Of a stretch of 64,000 bases of DNA, positions 1 to 13,773 are shown one piece after another; position 1 is the first letter of the stretch; each line of letters opens with the position of its first letter. A program made the translations under genes and the position numbers. Origin of the DNA: Octopus vulgaris (lineage: Eukaryota); assembly GCA_951406725.2 (NCBI GenBank), contig OX597822.1, positions 109,058,001 to 109,122,000 on the forward strand. Direction: 5' to 3'. Below the pieces are notes generated by a model that had not been told where the DNA came from, did no database searches, and saw only the letters and a list, made by a program, of their open reading frames with translations.

Positions 1-1535
1 ACATCAAAGAAGAATTACAATATGCGTTCAAATATTTTGCATTTTCTTCTAGTTGATTATACAGGAGGTTTTTTCTTTGTTCGTTTAATTCGTCGTCAAA
101 AACAATTATCAATGTAGAAAAACCTCCTCCTTTTCCTCTTTTTCTCTCGTTCGCTTTCTGTTTCTCTCGATCTTTCTCTAAATTTAATGATACTATTGTC
201 AAACTGGGACTAATAACCAATTATTAGCATATATTCGGTAAAATAATTGCATTTATTTCAAATTTACTATGCCTCAAAGAAGCATAAATGTATGCAATAC
301 CGTTCCTGTTGTTTTCTATTTACGGATTTCAAACAATATCATACCATATTTAATTTAGTTCGTACATTTGTTTCATTCTACATGTCTGTAATTATTTTAA
401 TAATTTTGAAAAATCCTTTAGATTTACATCTTATAAATCTCGTATTTGATAATATTATTTTAGTTTCATTAGTTCAAGCTAACGAGAATATTTATATGTA
501 TCGTTGAATATCATATCTCAGCAGTATTGAGGTGTAAATTATGAGGACAGCTTTCATTGAAAGTCCTCTAAGTTTTATAATCAGCAACAGTCAGTATACG
601 ATCCAGTGAATTTTATAATAATTACTTTGATTTCGTTGCCATAATTATAATTACTTTATTTTTATTGAATTCAAAGCGTTATTTTCTGGAATTACTAAAT
701 AATAAATATGATGTTGGCAATTCAATTCTGGGATTACTGAAGCGTATAAATAATCAAACTATATTTTCTGTTGAAGAATGGAATTTCAATTAAATGCTTG
801 TTATCCAGGTTTAGTGAAATGATGTACTATGTGAAAGAAGAATGAAGGCAGAACTTTAAAATTAAAGAATATAAATTTACAAAAAATATTCATGATATAC
901 AGTACAACAGATGAAGTCAGTATATCAATTTATTTGATAACTACGACATAAATTTCTCAACTGGGGTTTCGCAAATGTATTTTGAAACGCATTTACTAAA
1001 CATTTCTTTGCAAGTTAAAATAAAAAGCTAGACAGGCAAATTGTTTATGAATGATAATATAGTTCACGCATAGTTGTTACAATAATATAAAAAATATGGT
1101 CATCATATTCGAATGGTGAACTACATATAAAGTATTATTTTTTTATCTGTACTTCTGCGATTTCATTGTGAAATCTATCAAAATGAACTCATCTCCAACT
1201 CCATGACATCGGTAAAAATGTGTGGCTTGCAATCTCCATGATGTATATTTTTATTATAGCACTTAATGCGTATTCCAGTTCAATATGTTATTTATCAAAC
1301 ACATAAGCAGGGAACTCAGACAACGCAATGAATATAGAATAACGCGTATTTTATAATATTTTCAATTAAATGAGTACAGTTGGCAACTGTAGGTGTCAGC
1401 ACTAGCAATCACCAGTCAAATTTCCCAGGTGAATACAGTTAATTTGAATTAAACGAAAATTATATGCTTGTTCTTTAACACTTTAATACCATATTCATTT
1501 GACTGCAGTATATGTAAGTGATATATATATGTATG

Positions 1536-1568
<33 letters not shown>

Positions 1569-1570
<2 letters not shown>

Positions 1571-2208
1571 TAGTGTGGATTGTTTTTTCGCTCCACACTA
1601 ATATAGTAGTGCAAAAAGTTTGTGAATGGACATCACAATAACTGGTACAAGATTTTAAGACTCTGTAACATTACCTTCTGCCTCCACAAATACGAAAAAT
1701 CATCGCAAATATTGTAATTTACCGAATTCAGAAAATGTTTAATGTAGATGTAAATTACAGTACACCCACGTCCTTCCTTGTGGAGGAAGAAGATGAAGTC
1801 ACATGGAAAAACATGTTTAAGTCGTATTTTAAAGTATTTTCATGTGGCATTGAAAACTACCTCAAGAAGATGCAATGAAAAATATATTTTATAGCAAACA
1901 AATAAATAGAACCATTTTTTGTTTTTTTATTTCCCACTTTTTCCATTTACCGATGCATTTGTGGAGACAGACGATAATGTTGCAGATTTCTAAGATTTTG
2001 CACCAGTTATTTTGATGTGTGTTCGCATCCTCCCGCACTACCCCATCACACAATCGAAAATGATAAAAAAAAAAACGCTCCACTATAATATGTACGTGTA
2101 TGTCCGTGCGCAGGAACTAGTTATTTTTATGTCTATTCGCAACTTTTCCACACTAACTTCGTCGTCACGAATTCGAAAATCTCGAAAAAAAACCGCTCCA
2201 CTCTAATA
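1569..2208. mobile_element. TIR-bounded DNA-element (MITE-like) remnant with repeated termini
   Basis: Left end tactagtgtggattgttttttcg is an imperfect reverse complement of right end cgaaaaaaaaccgctccactctaata. The right-end motif cgctccacNNtaata also occurs at ~1589-1603 and ~2076-2090. Confidence 0.4.
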
Positions 2209-2599
2209 TGTGTATGTGCATGTGCGTGTGTGTATGTGGACATGTGTGTGAATATGTATGTGTGTGCGTGTTTGTTTGTTCGTGTGTGTGCATGTGTGTG
2301 CTGGTGCATGTGTATTATGTGTGCAGGTGTGTCGAGTATTTCTCTCTTTTGGGGTGGAGTTCCCTCCTAGTTCTTTTTCTTGTTTCCTTCTCTTTTCTTT
2401 TTAGCTTCAGCGTTTTTTTTTGTTTTTTGTTTTTTTCTCTTGAATTTCCTCGTCGGGAGGCAAGCACTCGGCCCTTAAATGCTATTTTCGCCACACTTAA
2501 AGCACCGAAGCTTCCTCCCTTCAACATTAACACTTAGTACTGTCTCGCGAATAAACATTCTGTCAAATATGTTTCCCAAATCGCTGGATAGGGCCTGTA

Positions 2600-4600
2600 C
2601 TGACATCTCGATTCTCTGCTCGACCAATTTGGTAGGGTGGAGTTAAAATATGCTTTATCGCATGCATTTTACAAGAAAAAGTTCTTGAATTCATACCACG
2701 AGAATTGCGTTCCATTATGAGAGACTAACCTGTCTGGAACACCGTATCGCCCAAACAGTTATGTCTTAGCAGCTGGTTTATTGCACCGCCATACCTCTGG
2801 CCACTTTTCACAGGTGTCTACCACGATTAGATAATATACACTGTTCTCTGGTCTGACATAGTCGATACGTAGCCTAGACCACTCTCTGGCAAGGATGATA
2901 TTTCACCGGTGGGGCATTGGCCGCGAGCGCGCAACCTCGACAAGTTCTATTCGGATATTTGATATCCCGGTCCATAGTCGCCCAACAGACGTAGCTCCTC
3001 ATCAGAGCTTTCATCCTCGACATTCCCAACTGTCTGCTGTGGAATTGCTACAAACCACTTTCTTGTAATGTAATCGGTACTACAACTCTTTGCGTATAAA
3101 TTAGAATATCGTCGCATATTGAGAAACTACTCGAAATTGTATTTTACTTAACATATTTTTTAAAGTTTCACTCATTTTTGTAATATACTCATCCCCTACT
3201 GATTTCATTGTTATATCCTGTGTAGTCACTGGCAATTCTTGTATGATATTATTCATAATAGATTGAATTTCATTTTCTGCTTAGAGTGCGGCTTTCACGA
3301 TATCTAAAAGTGATTCCGTATTTATGGATATTTGTCTCGAGAGACAGTCAGCATGACCAATTTTTTCGATGAAATATACTGCATTTTGAAATTGTAATTT
3401 AGTAATGTTATACCCCAACGTCGTTGTCGGTTTGTTGTATGGGTAGGTAACCCTTTCTTTGACCCATAAATTTATAGCAATGATCGATGGTGTGTTTGTA
3501 ACAGAAAACTTCTACCATGTAGAAACCTGTTAATTTTTTTACAGCGTGGATAATTTTTTTACGGCGTGGATAGTGCTTCTTTTTCTATGTAACTATATTT
3601 TTCCTCTGTGGCTATCAGAGCGTGCGAAACAGGAATCACTGGTTTCGTACTTCTAACTTTATAGTTGTGAAGCAAGACAGCCCCTATTCCGTTCTCCGAA
3701 TCATCAGATGCTACAACAATGTCCATTTCAGGATCGAAATGCGCTAGAAACAACTCTGTGATTAGAGTTCTTTTTTCATGTCTTCAAACGGGTTTTGATA
3801 TTTAACCGACTAATTCCACTTTACTTCTCCGTTTAATAAGTAATTCATTACAGCTCTCAATTTGTTTTTCGTTAGGAATGAAGTTTTGGTAGTAGTTTAC
3901 TAGCCCAAGTAACGCTTGTAATGTCGGTATATTTGTCGGAGCAGGCATATTCTTTATTGCATCTGTCTTCCAAATATTGCCGGTGCAGCCTTTAATCCAA
4001 GAGGTGTCCGGCTATATCTGTACATTCCTCAATGTGTAGTTATTGTCAAATACTTTGACCATTTGCCATTTACGTTAATCTGTAAATTAGTTTCAAAGAG
4101 ATCCAATTTAGAGAAAATTGTTCTACCATTTAATTTTGCGAAAATATCTTCTGGAGTCGCGAGTAGGTTGTTGGCATGTCTTTAAGCAGTCGTCAAATTC
4201 TGTAAAGAATTCGGCACATAGCTTAATCGTATTATTTTTCTTTTTAATGCACACCGTGGGCGCTGCCCAATAGGTGTAGTCCATATTTTTGATGATTCTA
4301 ATCTTTTCTAGTCTGTCCAACTCTTCATTTCCGATTTCAATTGCTGCAAACATAACTTTTCGGTTAGATTTAAATATAGGAACATTTTCACTAACTTGAA
4401 AGCAGAATTCAGTCTTTTTACATAGATGTAAGTATTTCGATATAATTGAGGAACCGTCTTTTTCAATTTCCTCTTCAATTCGTCAGGCCATTTATTTTTA
4501 ACGGAACAACCATTTATGGTCTTGCAACAAAGAGTTATGGTGACGTGCCATAAGTCAAATACCTCAATAAGTCAAATACCAAACAAATTGAGGGAAATAA
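2600..4600 (-). mobile_element. Degenerate Ty3/Gypsy LTR-retrotransposon pol (RT-RNaseH-integrase)
   Basis: Minus-strand motifs in Gypsy order: RT YWAAPTVCIKKKNNTIKLC (4123-4353 ORF); RNaseH LAHFDPEMDIVVASDDSENGIGAVLLH...YSYIEKEAL (3559-3753); zinc finger GMSRMKALMRSYVCW..MDRDI....TCRGC (~2930-3030); integrase WSRLRIDYVRP...YLIVVDTCEKWPEV and GRYGVPDRLVSHNGTQFS (~2700-2885). Many stops and frameshifts. Confidence 0.9.
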
Positions 4601-5573
4601 TTCAATACAATTCCGTTCAGTTTCCTGCATTGCTTTACGTGATAAATAATTTTGTTAGTGGAATAATTTGAGAAGTAGAAATATAGATTGTAAGTATACA
4701 TTATTTGTGTTAATTATGCTAAAAATGTTCGATGATGTTATACTTATGATATTTCCTTAGATCAGTGTGGATGTAAGTCAAACAGATATACGATAATAAC
4801 TCGGGATTATATTCATTATCAAATACTGAATTGTCCACGAGGGCATAGTATATGAAAGATATGATTTGACTACATAAATATCAGCGTATGCTTAGGTCAG
4901 ATTTGTAAAACTGAGACGAAGGTGAAACGTTATAGGGTTGCATATCATGAAGAAATAAATTATATAGATAATGATATAGTCTTAGAGTCATTTAGAAAAG
5001 ATTTATTAGATACTGCTCAACTTGAAAGTACTGACAATTTATAGACTCAAAACCTGCCGTCATTGGTGGTTCATAAATCTATTCCAAAAATTTGTTCTAC
5101 AGAAATTAAATACACATTCGCACTCCTAAACCTATTATTTTCAATTAGTCTGTATGGTCAAGATGAGTTTGAAGAAACCCAAGGGAAATAACTCAACACT
5201 AAGAATCGATATTAATTTGCATTATTAATTACTAGTGTGATTATAATGGTTGATGGCTTCTGTATATGAAAATCTAAATTCAATGGTCACTTCACTTTAT
5301 TATCTGCATTGAGCATACTTACGTGTTTGAAATATAAATGTTATTACCTAATACAGATGCGCATGCACTCAGATGCATTTTATGCTTCGAAAGATCAGTG
5401 ACAAAGTGCAGAAAATGTCGATTATATGATCATGGTAAACTAGGAATAAATTAGAAAATATCTAATAATGAAATACAGTTCTGCAGAATCACGGAGAGAA
5501 AAATACGATGTTAGTGGTAATTAAAATATTAGATAATGTTTCACTCGATAGTTAAATTTATATTATAACTGAC

Positions 5574-5980
<407 letters not shown>

Positions 5981-5997
5981 TATATATATATATATAT

Positions 5998-6541
5998 AAT
6001 CCGTTCTGTCTATCTGTGTGTGCGTGTCTTCTAGGATCTCGGGCATCCTCCATCCGATTGTGCTCAAATTTGTCATGTAGCTACCGACGGTATCAGGACG
6101 TGTATAAGACTTAGAAACATGGCAAAAATCGATTCCAGGTGAGAATGCGATCGATAAAGCCGTTTTTGTTCTGCTTTTCTTCCGTCAACCTGTACATAAC
6201 TGCTCCTTCCATGTTTTGTTGTTTTTGTACTGCTTAAAGGTACGTTTCTCTCCTGCCAAGCTTACTGTTTAAACCATGTTTGTGTTCTCCCAGTCAACAG
6301 CCTTATCATTACTGGTACTTTAAACTCTTCGGTTGCATAGTTGTGTGAATAAAATCGTTAATCTTTGGAATAGAAGAAAAGTCTATCTTTGTTTCTTCTT
6401 CTGCTGGTGTCTCAAATTTAGGTTAAATCAGTGTTTCTCAAAGGGGAGGCCTATGGGACGTTCGGACAAGTTGTTTTGAGAAAATGTTGTTTAAATATTT
6501 GACAACTCAGCACTGTCCATTGCACGGGGGGCGTTTTGCCT

Positions 6542-6545
<4 letters not shown>
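5998..6545 (+). mobile_element. Non-autonomous Helitron/DINE-1-like element
   Basis: Starts ccgttctgtctatctgtgtgtg, contains ccgattgtgctcaaattt, and ends in a GC-rich 3' motif (ccattgcacggggggcgttttgcctcg) running into (TA)n. The terminal CTAG is degenerate. Confidence 0.45.
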
Positions 6546-6578
<33 letters not shown>

Positions 6579-7312
6579 GTGTATGTGTATCATTGTGTGT
6601 GTGCATGTGCGTGCGCGTGTGTAAATGCACAGCAGGAAATGTATCAGGACATGAAATATAAAAGCCGTACTAGACTACTTCATGCGCAACTCCATTGTCT
6701 CCCGAGACAGAAAGGATGCCAATACTAATAGGAATATAGAATTGACAGTAGTGGAGATTATATGAGTTGATAAATAAAGTCCATACAATTCAAAAATATT
6801 TGAGCAAATGACTGTCGGCAAGTGAGAATCTGCTCGCCCACCCATTTGCAAGATACCACTGCACTGAACCTAATTTTCTATAAATTATTTTGGATTTGAA
6901 AGATTTCAGCGTAATTGAAGTTAATCTAACAGTAAGCATTCCCCCTCACCTATATATGTACTGAGCAAAAATATTCTATTTCTATTTCTATTTCTGCATT
7001 AATTCTGAAAATATGTTGTCCTTTCAATAAATTTTAGTTGTAATTAAAATTTAGTTGTAATTGCAAGTCCAACTATCTTGAAGTACAGGTGGCAATTTCT
7101 GTTACTTATACTATAGGCAGCCTCTTAGGATTAGAATTTTGTAGTAGAATATGTAATTATATATAAGTATTTATAACTACTTCAATATGTTTTTCGCTAC
7201 CACTTAACTTTATTAATTAAATGTATGTTCATATATGCATGGTTGCTGGTTTGGGCATGGGTAATGGAAAGTGTGTCTATAATCTTAATAATAATCCTTG
7301 TTTTCTGCGTGC

Positions 7313-7348
7313 CTTTCGGTAGAAGAGCGTAAGCTCGAAACGTAAAAG
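7313..7348 (+). ncRNA. Degenerate hammerhead-like motif in a PLE pLTR fragment (~7277-7430)
   Basis: cttt-CGGTAGA-A-GAGC gtaa GCTC-GAAA-CGTA-aaag: stems I and II pair, core is mutated. Same family as 42647-42682 (-). Confidence 0.5.
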
Positions 7349-7788
7349 ACTTTTTCTATTCCTAAGCGCTATACTAATACATCCGTTTGATTGTATACCA
7401 CCTGTCTCCTTCTTTTTTTTTTTTTTCATATATACGAAGCAATGAATTGCTTTGCGGAAACCATGGTATGCTTTGTTTTCTGACTTTATAATCATCTCAT
7501 AATAATTACTACCTCAGTACATCTAAATGTATGTATTTGTCGTCACCTTTCATAAAATGCCTTTTTTTATTTACAACGTGCATTTTCGTTGATTTTTCAT
7601 ATTTTACCCTTACATTTCCACGTGTATTTTATATTTTCATTTTATAACATATTTCTACTATATATATACATATATATAATTGAGATGCAGTTGAATTAGG
7701 TACTTAAGTTGAAGGACAAAATTGCTACGGTATTATCCGTAGAACTCAAAGTAAGTTGAATAAAATCAACAGGATATGAAGAGGTGGT

Positions 7789-7875
7789 GCAGTACGACCG
7801 GTTCAAGCGCATCCATTTAATTAAACAATGCAAGTATTACATCAATTAATTATATGCAGGGCTATCCTCAGCTGC
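7789..7875 (-). ncRNA. Hammerhead-like motif with long stem II
   Basis: Reverse complement: gcag-CTGAGGA-tagc(cctgcatataattaatt...ttaattaaatggatgc)gct-tGAA-CCGGTC-gta-ctgc. The GAAA is damaged and stem I is out of register. Confidence 0.45.
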
Positions 7876-8290
7876 TTGAAACGATTGTACTGCATGAACT
7901 CTTGATATCCTGTTGCTTACTTTGATTATATATCTATATATATATTTATATACCACAATTGAAAAAGTTGGCTTATTAAGAATTAGAACCTAAAGGCACA
8001 ATTAATAGATGTTAAGAAAGTGACAGTTAGTACTGACTAGCACCGCTTTTGCTAAAAGAATGATAAAATAAATCAAAACCACAAACGCACTGAACTTAAT
8101 GACTGATAAAGGGAGGTCCCAGCGTACATAGCCGGATCCCGATTTCGGATTTTGATGCAGACCATCTTAATCAACATCAGTGGCTCTTAACGCCTAGGGT
8201 TAACCTCAACTACATCAGTAATTTTTATAAGAAACCCATTGAAATCGTATTATATTTATATCTATGCATGTGAGTTTACGTCTGTTTGTG

Positions 8291-8324
<34 letters not shown>

Positions 8325-9687
8325 CGTGTGTGTGAGTGGGTGTATGTATGTACGCATGTATGTGTAAGAGACCATACATTTTTGCGTGTATTGGTTAGTA
8401 ATTACGGTACATCTATTTCTATAGAAATCAGATTTATGCAACGTGATGCATTTCATACGATGAATGGAAAAATAGCAATACGTAACTGACTGTTTAGTTA
8501 AAGCAATATTTTTGGGCAACTGCTGTCTATATGAACGGATTCAATGTCACAATTTCCTATTGTATTATTCTGTAAAATATTTTAAAATTTTGTATTCTTG
8601 AAAATGTTAAGCAATAATTCATATTTAGAAACAAGTTAAACTTACATTAAACTGAATCAAATGACATCATATTACTTTCCTCATCGACAAAACTAATAGT
8701 TTTGCCTCTAAGGAGGAAATCGTTATCATGTTACAGCGCTGATATCAACAAGTTCCTTTATCAACATGCTATTGTTTCCGGTCTCTTATAAGCTGAAACG
8801 TATTTCTGTGAGTTTGACATTCCAAATTAATTTCCTACGTACGACTAAATAATATATTATTTCCTGATATTTTATCTTTATCATATAAAAAATGTCTATA
8901 TTATTGAGAAAAGAGATGACAGATAAAATCTCACGTACTTGCATCTCTCAAACACTGTGATTATAAGTGAAGGCAAATTGATTGAAAGAAGCATGACATC
9001 CAGTTTTCACTCATAAGCTGGCATTAGCTTCTTAGGCAAAACCATGGAATAAACCTGAGTATTGATTTTATCGCGTGATACCGTTTCTTATTTATTTATT
9101 ACTGCTGATTCGTTGACACTACTTTCATAAACTAGGGTTTATCTCAAAGATAGAACTTCAACTTCAAACCGATGTGCTCAGGTGCTGGCATAGCAAAGAC
9201 TATCGTTCTCTTAACATTAGATTTCATTGTGTGCATTTGGAGAACTTGCATGTATACATTGAAAAATGTATGAAGGACGGAACGCAAATACTCATGAGAG
9301 GAGAATACATTATAGAGAGAAATACATGACAGATAAAGAGATAGGAATGGAATGTTATGGTAGAAAGAGAGATGACGACTATAAAGATATGACAGAATGA
9401 CATGGCAGATTGTTATGAAAGAAATATGAACATTAAAAGCCTTGGAGGAATGACAAATGTTACGAAGTGACTAGCATTACATAATTGAACAGCAATATGG
9501 TACCAAATATTTCTTCCAGCCTTCCTTCTTATACTTCAAACGAATATTCCAACGAATTCACTTCCTTTAATTAAATGGATCTCTATGTTCCTAACCATCA
9601 CATTTCATGCCTTTGCTAACGAAGTTCTTTTGCAAGTATTTCGCTCATGGGGATGCTCGATATAAACACGATTTCAGTTCGTTTCTC

Positions 9688-9724
<37 letters not shown>

Positions 9725-9752
9725 CTTTATTCATAGCAGCAGAAAATTCAAC

Positions 9753-9799
9753 AAAACCTGTTACTCTGAGTTTCGCGTTGCCGTTCATCGGACAGTTTT
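9753..9799 (-). ncRNA. Type I hammerhead ribozyme motif (U4C variant)
   Basis: Reverse complement: aaaactgt-CCGATGA-acg gcaa cgc-GAAA-ctc a gag-TA-acaggtttt. Stem I ctgt/acag, stem III ACTC/GAGT, GUA site. The 10.1-11.1 pair is an A/C mismatch. Confidence 0.7.
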
Positions 9800-9896
9800 T
9801 GCTAGAATAGAACCGATATTTGAGTACTCTTTTTTCCAGCTTGTTTCACATTTATGTGTTTACTCCGGTATATTGAATGGCAACGCGAAACTCAGA

Positions 9897-9995
<99 letters not shown>

Positions 9996-10073
9996 TAGAT
10001 ATAGATATAGATGTTCGTATATATCAGCATTATATTTGATATATATGTATGTATAAATATATACGTATTCATA

Positions 10074-10117
<44 letters not shown>

Positions 10118-10346
10118 CAGGGTAGGCCAAAACACACCCGACAGAAAATCGAAAATCCGTAATTACTATCTGTAATTCAGTATTGGCTGGAATGGAAAAA
10201 TGTGTTGTTCAAGAAGGACTTCAATTTGTACAAATTTCATGATGTTTCATACTTAGATGCGTTTATTAAATTCGTTCAGTTGTTTAACATAAATAAATTT
10301 CGAAATTAAAAGGTTTTGTTTTACTGTCACTTTGTGGCCAGCCCTG
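10118..10346. mobile_element. Tc1/mariner-type MITE (~230 bp)
   Basis: TIRs cagggtaggccaaaa / tttgtggccagccctg, with TA on both sides. Confidence 0.7.
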
Positions 10347-10384
10347 TATATGTGTATGTATGTATGTATGTATATGTATGTATG

Positions 10385-10426
<42 letters not shown>

Positions 10427-10648
10427 CATATGTATATATGTATATATAGATACTTACATGTATATGGATATACGTGTGCGTGTATGCATAGATATATAGA
10501 TAGATAAAATATATACAGGTACAGAGATATAGGAGAGTATTGTAATTCGGTTGAAGCATTGTGCATTGCTTGTAAAATATAATGTGTCTTGAATGGAACA
10601 ACAATACAAAGAGGGTTATAATAGCTGATATAACTTAGTTGTCTATAA

Positions 10649-11673
10649 TCTGATATAATAATGCAAATAATATTTCGGAATACAAAAATCCTTCTTCAGA
10701 AATCGCTAAGAATTGATCGAGTCACTGCTATAATCGGTTTTCCAACGTTTACTGAAGCCTCGCTAAGTGGTTTCACAAAGCTCCTTCCAGAATTCCTAAG
10801 TGCGTGAGAAGTGCGTGAGAGCGACCGTGTCTCAAGATCGTGTGCGTTGGCCCATCCGCAGCACTGCTTCTCAGTTATGTACTATACGTGCAGTTTCTTT
10901 TTTGTTTGCATAATATATGAGCATGTTATCAAAAATGAACCTACACGCATCCAGATGTAGCTCAATGGTATATTGATTGCCAACCTCCAGCCTTTTGTTA
11001 ATTTGGGGCCCTAGTCTGTCTATGGGTATAGCCTCTTTCATTAGCCTCAAATGTGACTGCTATGCTTTTGTCGGTGTTCTGACGTTTGTTTTGATGTTTT
11101 CTGCAGGAGGAGTTTCTCATGTTCAAATAATCTTTGATGCGAAATTGTAATGGACTTGTTGTGCTTCCCACATAGAACTTGTTGCATTCGTTAAAATGTA
11201 TTCTATACGCAACATTTACCCGTCAGCATAAATCTGTGTCACTGATGAGGCAGTGAGCTAGTGTGTATTGATTGCTGTCCTTTACTCGTTTCCTTCCTAG
11301 GTGTCTTCTCAGATAAGGGCCGGAATATACTAGTGGTATGTGTAATCTTTCTCTTCTTATGTAGTTATCCTCTCGCTAAAATGAGGTATTTTAAGAAAGC
11401 ATGTATTGCTAGATTTCCTGTGTGTTCGGTGTGTTTGTCGTCTTGGGTACTTGAATGTCCAGCGCGTTTGTCGTCTTGAATGGCACAAGAATGCAGAGTG
11501 GACTATAATAACAGTCTGATATAATAATAATATTTCGGAATACAAAACTTCCTTCTATAGATATCGCAAGGAATTGATCGAGACACTGCTGTAATCGGTT
11601 TTCCAAGGGTTACTGATAGTTTTTCTCGGAAGCGTATCTACAGTGGTTTCACGAAGCTCATTCCGGAGTTCCT
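10649..11673 (-). mobile_element. Penelope-like element remnant: GIY-YIG fragment between two direct repeats (pLTR-like)
   Basis: Direct repeats at ~10649-10798 and ~11515-11673. Minus-strand translation NVAYRIHFNECNKFYVGSTTSPLQFRIKDYL (~11120-11220) and LKEAIPIDRLGPQINK resembles PLE GIY-YIG. Each repeat holds an HHR motif. Confidence 0.75.
10663..10706 (-). ncRNA. Hammerhead motif with extra A after A9 in a pLTR
   Basis: Reverse complement: gcgattt-CTGAAGA-A-GGA tttttgtat TCC-GAAA-TATT-atttgc. Palindromic AATATT stem III; stem I imperfect. Confidence 0.6.
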
Positions 11674-13773
11674 CATGTATGTTTGTGTATGTGAGCGTAT
11701 ATATTTTTTGCGTGTGTTTGTATGTATGTGTACGTGTGTTTTTGTGCGTGTGTGTGTACACACACTCTCAAATATGGATTTATATATATAATTAATAAAA
11801 CTTATATTTTAATAATCTTTCTTATGGACTAAATTCTTAGAGTTTAAGACATGATCTCTAGTTACACTTTGATTTCAAATTTCCTGACTAATTCACCGTA
11901 TATAATATTGTTATTAATTCTAAATGTGGCACATCGTAAATTACATAGTATATATTATGATTTTATCACTTGAAGATTATATTTTGAAGTCTTAAAAGGA
12001 AAGCAAAATGATTGCGTATATAATGCAAAATTATTATTTAGTAATATGTAACCTAATTTCTGTTAAATTCACAGTATTTTCTAATATTTAATAAAATGCT
12101 TTACTTGTTTTGTTTAGTGCAATACACTGTAGATGGTTATCACATTTTAGTGGCGTTAAATATCACATTGTATAATGCTTAGAGCGATTTCAAAATAAGT
12201 TTACTAAAAGTAAATCTGTCCGCAGGCTGATATTTCCTGTTCCATTATTTCAATATTTCAATATTCCCATTGTAATTTAGTTTGAGGTAAAGACGGTTGA
12301 AATGAATTATTGCATTGCAGTAACACTTTTTATTTCAATTATATGTTCTACACACGCGCAGATGCAAACACTCACAAATACACACACATCTGTATATGTG
12401 TATATGAATGACAAAGTTTCTCTAAGTTTTCTCTTACCTGGTTGGAAACTTAAATGGATGTGTGCATAATAACACGCCACTGCAGCAACGTGAGTGAGGA
12501 TATAAGTTCAATATGAATAATGGTTAAAAGATTTATATATTCTAAAATCTATAGAGTGTGGAATGTTCAATTAAGTGTAATATTTATATTTCTTAGGCAT
12601 GCATGTGTGTTTGAGGCTCTCCTAAATTTTTTTGTTACATGTCAAGAGGTCTTGCCTACTGAAAATACGCTGTTGAAGAGGTTTTTAGTAGAAAACGCAT
12701 ATTTACCAGCCAAACATTCCCAAAATTACTCCGAATTTCACTTTTTGACGATATTTAGACATTCTTCATCCGACAGTTATCTCTTTGTAAATCTGCGTTA
12801 ATCCCATAATTTGTATAGTCCTTTAATTTTGTTTGGAAATCAATACTAATAATTCCATTTGTACGGATTCTGTTGCAGTGCCTTGGAAACATTTCTAATT
12901 TTAGTTTCTTTTGATTGCATGTAGCTTTAACTAAATATCAATACTAGAGACAATACAATTATACATAAAAATATTTAAAACTGTCGAATCTTTTAATTAG
13001 TGAAATGATTGCTGTGAACTTTGTACTTCGGAGAAATACTGGATATATTATTTGATATAAGTTCTAGAGGATTATTTTGTCTATAAAAGGAAAATATTTC
13101 AAGAAATAGTTTAAAGTGCGTGATGGCTTAACTCTGCTGATTCAGGTATCAAAGGGATTCTTGATCCAAATAAGTAAACAAGAAGTTTATTTTCTTTTTC
13201 TTAATGAGCATTTTATATGCAATGATTTTGTTGACACATATTTCAAAATGGCTGCCAATCACATGACCGAGACGGCTTCCCAAACTTCAATAATCTCTGT
13301 TCTTAACAGGGAACACATTTATTTCTTCTGTTACTTCAGAATCGGTAAAACGTAAAACTCAGAGTCGCATTCTCCTTCATATGGGAGTAAAATAATTTAT
13401 ATGCATACAATGCATACGATATATACACGCACAGACACACACATACACATATACACACACACACACAGACACACACACACACATATATATATGTCTGTAT
13501 GAGTTAGAGTTTAATTAAACATCTAAGAGATAATAAATATCCAATATACTGCTAGATTTATACCTACGTATTTATATCCAAGTTCTCACTATTGCCGGGA
13601 AGTATAACAATGGAATACTAGGTATGACTGGGGTAAAGCAGAAATATATTCAGAATTTATAAGGTAAATAAGAATAACATTGATTATCCTCTCAATTTTA
13701 AAAGGTGACCTCGTGTGTACCGTTGGCGATTGTTTTCCTCTGTGTTCCCCTCTCTGGATCTTTCCTTTCCTAT

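Noticed and set aside
2990-3015. CTGATGAG hammerhead-like core on the minus strand
   Set aside because: No GAAA or stems; it is coding sequence (KALMRSY) of the Gypsy integrase zinc finger.
9350-9510. Possible solo LTR with tggtacca PBS
   Set aside because: No clear TG...CA inverted termini or TSD, and no second copy.
12640-12960. Further cadherin-like strings (TNGIISIDF...) on the minus strand
   Set aside because: Too weak; this shows how readily AT-rich DNA mimics the pattern, which is why the other cadherin calls are low confidence.
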